Positions 56,323-64,000 of a stretch of DNA of 64,000 nt are shown here, in pieces. The notes under the pieces were generated by a model, which did not search any database, had not been told where the DNA came from, and saw only the letters and a list, made by a program, of their open reading frames with translations. This DNA comes from Fistulifera solaris (Eukaryota). The DNA is taken from positions 806,001-870,000 of the forward strand of contig AP026136.1 of assembly GCA_030295235.1 (NCBI GenBank), read 5' to 3'. The position numbers and the translations under genes are program-made. The stretch's first letter is position 1. Each line of letters opens with the position of its first letter.

Positions 56323-57070
56323 CTACGAGCTACTCGATGTGATCCAGCTTAGACACCTTCCCATACACAATGCCTGAAATCGAGCACATGCAATAAATAG
56401 AGGCTTTAAAAGATGTCCCATGGCGGCGAATACGTATTTCAGACCAGCAGCGCCACCGGGCAGAAAACTAATAAGGTACCAAAGTAAAGCAACTAACTGG
56501 ATTCCCGAGGACAACATGACCATGAAATAACCCGAAATACCTCCATACGAGAAGGTACAGAACAGAGTGAAAAATAATGAACCAAGGTAGATTGTTGTAA
56601 AGAGCATACGATCGGGTTGTAACATACTTTTGAAGTGCTCCATCGGCCCTTTCAATATGCCAAACGAACTCATAAACATTAAAGAACCCATAGAGAAGCT
56701 TAGGGAGAATTTGTGTGGATGTACGGCCATAGTCGGTAGGCCCACAAAGAATGCCAGTGCGAAAAAGACGGCCGATAAAAGAGCAATCCACAGAATACCT
56801 GCGGCAAAGAAACAACACTCAGCATACGAATCGTGCTGCCTTGGAAATTCACTTATCTCGTACCTGAAAGCGTTGTTGGTAACCCATACCCATGATTTTC
56901 TTTGGCATTTGTGATTCCATGGCAGATTTCATGCTCGCGAAGCTAAAGTTCGGCATGGATTCCGTGTCAAAGAGGGGTAACATTTGATCCGTACCGAACC
57001 AGCTACTGCTGCCGTCTCCACTTTCTCCTGACTTTTGTTCGTCATACCATTGACCGAAGGATGTGCTCAT
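56323..57070 (-). CDS. SFT2: Got1/Sft2-family vesicle transport protein; intron 56799-56863
   Basis: GMGYQQRFQ|VFCGLL, PHKFSLSFSMGSL, GPMEHFKSMLQPDR, QLVALLWYLISFLPGG. Confidence 0.88.
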
Positions 57071-57296
57071 TATGTTAGTTACGTGTGAGACTGTGTCAAT
57101 TGCAGGCTTTGTTACTACGGAGTATGATTGACGGCTTATTTTGTTGCTTTGTTATAATTTCGGCGACGCGACAAAGGCACGATTAACGAGCACGTTTTGG
57201 AACGAGAAACTATGTGCGAAAAACTTGTCTTTAGTACCGTTACGATATAATTATTCAGTACATAAATCACCAAAAGCGCAACGTTTTCGCACATCC

Positions 57297-57335
57297 TACC
57301 TGGTACAGTACCGTACCGGTACCGGTACAAGTACC
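57297..57335. promoter_or_regulatory. TACCTGGTA followed by a GTACC(G)-rich array in a divergent upstream region
   Basis: tacctggtacagtaccgtaccggtaccggtacaagtacc. Confidence 0.5.
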
Positions 57336-57515
57336 ATCTTTTCGAACTTCATGCCACTACAATCAACCCTTTCTATTCATTCAACATTCGTGAACGAGAA
57401 CACACCAAAGAGACGCCTACCGCTTGACAAGATTATACGATATAGACGGCAATTAACCGTTTTTACGAATATAACCTCTTCATTGCTTCGGCATTTTTGT
57501 GTCCTTGTCATACAA

Positions 57516-57961
57516 ATGCCAACTTTTGGTTCTCCTCCTGTGGGTACCGATAATCCCAATGCTCTTGCATCAAACGACTGATGCGTTCCCGAGCCGGGTA
57601 CCAGTAATGATGGTATTTTCTGCGTAAAGTGGAGTCCTACAGCGAATATTCTTGTTTCAGGAAAATGGGATGGCGATCTACGATTCTGGCGAGTCCAACA
57701 ACAACGAGGACAGATCCAGGCCATGCCCACAGCTCAAGCGCAAGAGACGAGGTGTTTCGTTATCAATTTCATATTGCCAAGCTCATTATTTTCGCCTTCT
57801 TCTAGTCAACCACCAAAAACAATGCACCTGTTCTGAGTGCGTGTTTCGGTGCGGACGGAACAAAGGTATTTTTGGGAGGTTGTGACAAGGCGGTGCGCAT
57901 GTATCAGCTAGGACAAGCCCCTCCGAATAACGTCTCTTATCAAGTCGGAGCACATGATCAG
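57516..57961 (+). pseudogene. RAE1: 5'-fragment pseudogene of mRNA export factor RAE1/GLE2
   Basis: MPTFGS..NPNAL.ND*CVPEPG..DGIFCVKWSPTANILVSGKWDGDLRFWRVQ...MPTAQ / VNH..NAPVLSACFGADGTKVFLGGCDKAVRMYQL...QVGAHDQ. In-frame TGA at 57579-57581, degenerate donor near 57738, homology ends near 57961. Confidence 0.75.
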
Positions 57962-58083
57962 TGTTTGGCCATCGCAGCCACAAAATTCTTTGTGACCATA
58001 TCTAGAAAACACCGATCCCATCAATTAGCATGTGGCGGCCGTGGGACTTCGAAGGTGGAATATCATCATCCCTACAAACTCTT

Positions 58084-60561
58084 CTAGTCGAATCTCGTTT
58101 TCCTATCCGATATTGGTGTCTTGTACTCGGAAACGTCCAGATTGCTAAACCGGATGTTTACATGTGTCTTTAAAAGACGCTGTAAGTACCTTTGGCGTTC
58201 CATGCTTGCCCAGAACGGAATTTTGTCAAACTCATAGTAAGGGACGCGAACAACTGTCCAGCCCTGTCTTTTCAAAATTCGGTATTTCAAATTTGTATGA
58301 CCAAGCGCTCGCGGTAGCACTTTGTTGTGGCAACCCGTCGAACGGGCAAAATGGGTTGGTCCATCAAACTCAACGGCCACTTTCATTCCTGCCGTACCGC
58401 ACATAACATCTGTTTCGTGCGTCCAAGAGGCCTGGGACTTCAAAATGATAGCAACGTCAATGTCTTCATCATGTTCATTGACGTGAGCGACCCCCATAAG
58501 ACGAAGCAAATCACTGATTGACTTATGTCGTAAGCTGCTTGTCTTAGAACGAGATTTCTCGGCAAGCCATTTGTCTCGCAAAGCCTCACGGAACCAGGAA
58601 GGAACGCTCGAAACACATTCCTGACATTCTCCATCGAGAATGTACAAAGCCTGCCAAAGCTGATGGGCATGTTCCAGCTGAATTGTACCCTCAACCGTGC
58701 AGGCGGATGCTGCATCTCTGAAAAAGTCGTTAAGCAACGCCTTCGATTCATGACTTCGATACTCTTCCAATACTGTCAATGACCACACAATATTGGCCTG
58801 CTCTTGTGCCCCTATGCCTAAAGATTCCATCGACGCCTTGTTACTAATCGAGTCATAGAGAGTCTTCACCGCCACCTTCGTGAAAAGATCATATTCCTTC
58901 GACTGTGCACCTGTCAAGTGCAGCCGAGCTTGCGACCATAGTAAAATACTTAACTCCCACGGTAAGAAAGACATGCGCCTGCCATCCGTGCCCTTCGTGT
59001 GAAGAAAGCCAGGAGATAAGCGCTGGCGGGCCTCACGGTACAAATTTTCCAAAAGAAAAGAGTCATCAAGACGGGTATGCGCGAGTGATAAAGCAACCTG
59101 AACAATGTCCGCGCAGCTCCAGTCACGAAAAGGACGATTCTTTGTGGCATCCATAAAATCACTGTTCACTGCATTGATAAACTCAATCAATCCATCGGCC
59201 AGTCGAAAATTGTCTGCTTGTAGTGTTCCAAGCGACCAAATAAGTTGCGCGACATCTCTACTGAGAGGTTTACCAGCTGTCTTCTGTCGTAATCTTCTTG
59301 TTGCTTCGTACGCGATTTGCAACATCAACTCCTGTGAGTACGATGAGCACGACCGCCCATGACTAGCAAATGCCCAAGCGAGATTAGCAAGCTCGTTCCA
59401 TTTACAGGACTGAAGTCGTAACCCATTATCACGAGCCGTCTCTTGAGTGAAGGGACTCAAAGGCATGGTTAATGTCTGACCAATTCTATCGAATAGTGAA
59501 TCCGTCGGACTGCATTCATCCATGTCGTCCACTTGCATCACCCCGCTGTCCCAGCTTTCGAAATGTACGAAGTCAAGCGCTTCATTACCTTTCGAAACCA
59601 TTTCAGACGCATATATTGTAGGAACTGTACCAACTTGAGGTTCATGGCTCCATCCTGGTGGTCTTCGACGTCTTCTAAGAAGACCAAATGCCCAACTCGC
59701 CATACACAGCTCACCCTCTTTGGCAGCCCAGCTATCATTCTCGAGTACAGTTGCCAATTGCTCTGCAATTTTATCAATAATGCCATTTAGCTTATAGTCT
59801 GGACCCTTTCTGTCATCCTCTCGTAAATCCAATCGTTCGGCTTGGCCTCTGGCCCCTGGCGAGAGGGCGATTTTCTTTGTTTTGGCTGGTAACAGGAGTG
59901 GGTCCCTATCATAATGCTTCGCAATAGCCCACGCTACATTACATAATTGTCGAGCGGATAGTTGTTTCCCGATCAGTAGTTGATCTAAAATACCAAACGT
60001 TTTTTCGCAACAGCGAACGAAAGGTGTCGTTCGTTTCGCTGCCAATGACTTTGGCACTGAGAGTCAAAGCACAGACGAGATTGGCAGAATTGCATCGTTC
60101 CGGAGGAATTGAAAGAAAAGTGGAAAGTACTTGCGTTGCTCGCTCCACCGAAAGATGTTTACCTTTCGACGCGGAGTTCTGTATTCGTTTCTGCGATTTT
60201 AAAGAAGTGTGGTAGCCCGCTTGCCACGGCAGTCGCTGTAAAGACGACGCAATGCTCGGCTCCTTTGATTTGACAGAACTGTCATGATGGTGTATTGCGG
60301 ATGAGTTGGTCGGATTACAGATACTTAATTCGACAGTTTTGGGCCTATTATTGTGTTTGCGACTGACGGTGCCTTTCGAAGATAGTGCGGCTTCTCTGCT
60401 AAATGCAGGCACAAAAATGGTTGCCTTTGCCTCTGATATACATTCCTACCGACAGGATTTGCGCTATATAAATCGGAATGGAAGGGACTGGATATGAAAG
60501 CCGATGCAAAATTGCAGCCCACAAGAAGTGCGAAGAAGAACGGAAACGCAGAAATTCTCAT
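58084..60561 (-). CDS. Plastid-targeted helical-repeat (OPR/FAST-like) RNA-binding protein with a C-terminal RAP domain; frameshifts near 60003 and between ~60330-60420
   Basis: Signal peptide plus ASA-F. Repeats such as RQLCNVAWAIAK, NELANLAWAFAS, RDVAQLIWSLG and QEQANIVWSLT. RAP motif VAVEFDGPTHF...LKYRILKRQGWTVVRVPYYEF. Confidence 0.85.
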
Positions 60562-61383
60562 TCTACAGGTTGCTTCGTTTTTCTTCATTCTCCCCTCAGC
60601 GAAATACGTTTCACTTCACTTCACTTTCCCACTTTTATTAGTTTGATGTCAACTAATACAATTTGTGAATTATTCAATAGGACCAAAGACACGTAGAGAA
60701 CGGAATGAGATCAGAGTCGAGGAATAACGCAACCTCACAACATACCTTTCATCTCGACGTTCGTCCTTTTCCTCGGCGTTCGGCATTCGATCCTTCATCG
60801 CACACGACACACGACCATCAATACGGCAAAGATCGGCTTGCGACGATGAGTTCAACCTATTTAAAGTACCTGTACGACATCATTCCTAAGGCTCGTAATG
60901 CGGCACTCAAAAGACATTTGCACTATCTTATATTCAGTTGTCTGGAGGAACATGCCTGTTCCACGGAACGGCAGCTGTCGGAAATGTTGAAATGGATCTC
61001 ACAAATTCATGTAGAGTCAACATATCACTATATCTTTTAAAGTTGAATGATGACGATTTCAGTGGTGGTCCGACTAACTCCTTATCACAAAACATTGGGA
61101 CCTCTTTCAAGTTCGCTCTTTTCGTGTCTGTCGGAGGAAATGGCAGAAGGCTTGTTTGACATCAACCATCAACGCAACCTTGGGCATACTAAAAGTGTTC
61201 CTTCTTACCGGAGAATCGAAACAACAAACATTTGAAAAATAACCGCGAGTCTAACAAAGCGAGCGATCAGCGAGAAAAAGTAGTCTATCGCTTGTGACTT
61301 GCATCCGTTCACAACTACTTTGTACACAAGCTGTGCTTTAGCGGTGCCCATCACTGTCCATCGTCTCCCTTTATCTTCGAAAC

Positions 61384-62262
61384 ATGGTTTTCCTTCTGAA
61401 GCAATTCACTTCCTGGAAGATTTTTCTCTTAATGACAATAACAGCAGTATATTCATTTAGCCCGTCCCCGATCTCATCGACTCGAGTACACAAGCAACAT
61501 GAGCATATACTTTTTTCAATCTACTCTTCAAAAATTGACTCGAGCACAAGGCAGCGATCAATACAAAGAATGGTATCCACAACAACTCCAGAGTCACTTA
61601 CACTTTGGGAAGAGCACATGATTGGAAAAATGACAGTATGGTATGACAAAGCTCTTACTTTAAAATGCCCTTTCATTAGGCGGAGGGCATCCGATATTTT
61701 GGATAGTTTGGATTACGTGCTACGTTACTATTTTGTGCAAAATCCCTCACTCATGGGACCTCCTTTGGCGTATCGATGTATTGGTGATACCTGTGAGAAG
61801 CAATTTGGTATGACTGTCGAAGAGTTGGCGGACGAAATACGAAAAGACTGGCGGGAAGACACACGGAAGGGCTACTATATCACCGGGAAGGTAAACACCG
61901 CCATCTATCGTGATGACTGCATGTTCAATGGCCCAGATCCAGATATGCCGATTCGAGGCCTACGGAAGTATTTGAACGCCGCGTCACAGTTGTTCGATCC
62001 CAGCAAAAGCGTTTCGGAGTTGTTGTCATTAAAGGTAGAAGGCCAGGTCGTAGTGGCGAAATGGCGCATGAACGGCAGGTTACGACTACCCTGGAAGCCG
62101 TGGATGCCCGAAGTTACGGGGACGACGACTTATTATACGGATATGAACGGTCTGATCTGTCTACACGAAGAGGAGTGGGATATATCTGTATTCAGAGCTT
62201 TTCTTCAAACGTTGTGGCCACAGGCCGGAGAACTGATATGGGGCAAGAAAACAGGCACTTAA
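61384..62262 (+). CDS. NTF2/SnoaL-like (DUF2358-type) protein, probably plastid-targeted
   Basis: Signal peptide plus VYS-FSP. YYITGK...IYRDDCMF.GPDPD...GLRKY, W...GRLRLPWKP....GTTTY.....GLI..H.E.W. Confidence 0.72.
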   Translation: MVFLLKQFTSWKIFLLMTITAVYSFSPSPISSTRVHKQHEHILFSIYSSKIDSSTRQRSIQRMVSTTTPESLTLWEEHMIGKMTVWYDKALTLKCPFIRRRASDILDSLDYVLRYYFVQNPSLMGPPLAYRCIGDTCEKQFGMTVEELADEIRKDWREDTRKGYYITGKVNTAIYRDDCMFNGPDPDMPIRGLRKYLNAASQLFDPSKSVSELLSLKVEGQVVVAKWRMNGRLRLPWKPWMPEVTGTTTYYTDMNGLICLHEEEWDISVFRAFLQTLWPQAGELIWGKKTGT

Positions 62263-62847
62263 CCGCCGCGTGGCTTGACTTTCCATCTTCTTATTGCACA
62301 GTACCAGAATCACGTTGACCTATTATAACTATTGCACTCGAGAAAGGGTGAACGCAAAAAATAATGTAATCATTTTTTAGAGCACGTCTACTTTGTTTGC
62401 TACGAGGAAGATCTGCGACTCGAAAACTGGGATTTCGTAGTGCCAATCAGAATATGAAGCAGTTGTCTATAGACAGGCTCTCTAGCTATTGATGGGATAC
62501 GAATGTGAAACCTAAACCGCTAAACAGGTAAACAGGATCGGATCTTCAACGTTCGATCGTCACTCGTCCGTCGCAAACGGGGTGATAATGACGCCAAATT
62601 CGTGACAAGGATTCCCATTTGAAATTTGGTCGTTTTGCGTTTGTCCTTTGTCGGTGTCCGTCGGTGAGACATGCACCGCACAATCGCCCCGACGACTTTC
62701 AAAAAAAAGTTCAACGATTTTGTGTTGCTTCTATTCGTGGAATGATTGCCCACCATTTTATCAAAATATCTCCCCCATATGCCAGCAGAGCATGATATAG
62801 GTGCAAAAAGATTATTTATAGGCCTAGAAACATTTCTGGTGAATTAC

Positions 62848-64000
62848 ATGACGACTGAAAATATTGTCGGCTTCGTCGAACTGCCCAGTGCCACTGACAA
62901 GCTGCACTGCTGGAAAGTTCGAAATGGTTCATCGGTGCGAGTAGGGGAAACAATAGGTCTTATCAGTAAAAATGCAAATGAGTCCGGTGCGGGTGCGAAC
63001 ACGAGCAACTTGGAAGTCAGCGTAGTCAAGTCGCACAAACGTCCTAAGCGACGGATGCGACCCGGAGACACGGTCGTCGCGACTTTCGAGGTGACGACGA
63101 CAGCAGACAGCATAACAACAAACAGTGCCGTAGAGAGCGCATCGGCCAGTGAGCCCAAGCAAGATTTGTGCCCGCTCATTTGCAGTACCGACGGAATTTT
63201 ACGAATAGGAAGGCCCCCTAGCACGACTGAAGGACAGAATTCTGCTACCATCATAGGATACATTGTCAAATGTTTGCATCCGACGGTGATCGAGGGATTG
63301 TGTGCCGTTTGCGGGAATTCTATGGAGCTGCTGACATCAAACAAACAAGCTTACTCACCGGAGAAAGTCGACGACTCTGTCAACATGTCGCGTGTGACTG
63401 TTGCGGGGGTGACGGTCACCATTAGCGAATCCGAAGGACAGCGGATGGCAGAGGAAGATGCCGAACGACTACGGAGTCAAAGGAAGCTTTCGCTGGTATT
63501 GGATCTCGATCATACACTGGTGCATGCGACGAACGATGTTCGCGCTCAACAGTACTTGCACCGCGAAGACGTTCGAAATTTGGTGCTGCCCATGATAACA
63601 GTTTCGGAAAGTGGACACGAGCAGGCAATGCTGAAAAATAATTTTTGGATGCAGCAGCACTTTGTTAAACTGAGGCCTCATGTGAAAGAATTCTTGGAGA
63701 TGGCCCTGGCTTTGTACGAAGTTGGAGTTTACACTGCTGGAACGAGGGAATATGCCGAACAAATAACAATTATGTTGGCTCGGCATTTAGTGGGAGCGAC
63801 GAGAGACCAACCCGATCTCGAACATTTGCGCTACCAGGTACAATCTGCCGAAAGTGAATTTGCACGACACGAAGCAAAGAGTGGCGGAAACACTGATCAA
63901 GCACATGATGCCGACCACGCTGATGAGCAAGGAAACCAAGCAGCTGAAACTACAGATGGTAAGAGCAGAAAGCGAAAGCGAGTGACATTTACAGCTTCAA
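62848..64000 (+). CDS. FCP1: RNA polymerase II CTD phosphatase FCP1 (5' part, runs off the window; absent from the ORF track)
   Basis: Translated by hand from ATG 62848: WKVRNGSSVRVGETI, CLHPTVIEGLCAVCG, RKLSLVLDLDHTLVHA (DxDxT at 63502), FVKLRPHVKEFL, YEVGVYTAGTREYA. Confidence 0.92.
   Translation, partial: MTTENIVGFVELPSATDKLHCWKVRNGSSVRVGETIGLISKNANESGAGANTSNLEVSVVKSHKRPKRRMRPGDTVVATFEVTTTADSITTNSAVESASASEPKQDLCPLICSTDGILRIGRPPSTTEGQNSATIIGYIVKCLHPTVIEGLCAVCGNSMELLTSNKQAYSPEKVDDSVNMSRVTVAGVTVTISESEGQRMAEEDAERLRSQRKLSLVLDLDHTLVHATNDVRAQQYLHREDVRNLVLPMITVSESGHEQAMLKNNFWMQQHFVKLRPHVKEFLEMALALYEVGVYTAGTREYAEQITIMLARHLVGATRDQPDLEHLRYQVQSAESEFARHEAKSGGNTDQAHDADHADEQGNQAAETTDGKSRKRKRVTFTAS

Noticed and set aside
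57579..57581. In-frame TGA in the RAE1-like fragment as selenocysteine or read-through
   Set aside because: RAE1 is not a redox protein, and the locus has other disabling lesions and is truncated.
60705..61235. Short ORFs with faint LRR-like wording (LKLNDDDFSG) and a box-C-like ATGATGA near 61047
   Set aside because: Interrupted by stops, too weak to call a pseudogene, and no matching D box or terminal stem.
7636..64000. Apparent functional cluster of chromatin, replication and transcription genes (USP-Tudor, HUN, WDR61, CDC6, HDAC, FCP1)
   Set aside because: They are interspersed with unrelated housekeeping genes. Such genes are common enough for chance co-occurrence, and there is no evidence of co-regulation.

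Overview
A compact, gene-dense eukaryotic nuclear region, most likely from a pennate diatom: short 60-105 nt GT-AG introns, bipartite plastid presequences with ASA-F cleavage motifs, and diatom-type domain fusions. It holds about 33 protein genes. Housekeeping genes include RPS12, TRAPPC10, RanBP1, TSR1, WDR61/SKI8, CDC6, PIG-H, ERG24-type sterol reductase, SLP2, RPE, SFT2 and FCP1. There is also a truncated RAE1 pseudogene. About 20 single-base frameshifts, mostly in homopolymers and some in essential genes, point to an unpolished assembly. Highlights: (1) a spliced SELENOS/SELENOK-type gene whose second exon ends ...NRG-TGA-CGT-TAG, a candidate penultimate selenocysteine, followed by a hairpin and only a non-canonical SECIS-like fold; (2) 12 copies of a palindromic TACCWGGTA motif, all upstream of genes; (3) a dispersed ~200-bp hairpin-cored MITE-like family; (4) two chromatin reader-eraser fusions, USP-Tudor and Tudor/PWWP-HDAC; (5) E2F sites upstream of a CDC6 with a long N-terminal extension. 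No rRNA, tRNA, CRISPR array or autonomous transposon was recognised. All family assignments are by eye from recalled motifs, not database searches.
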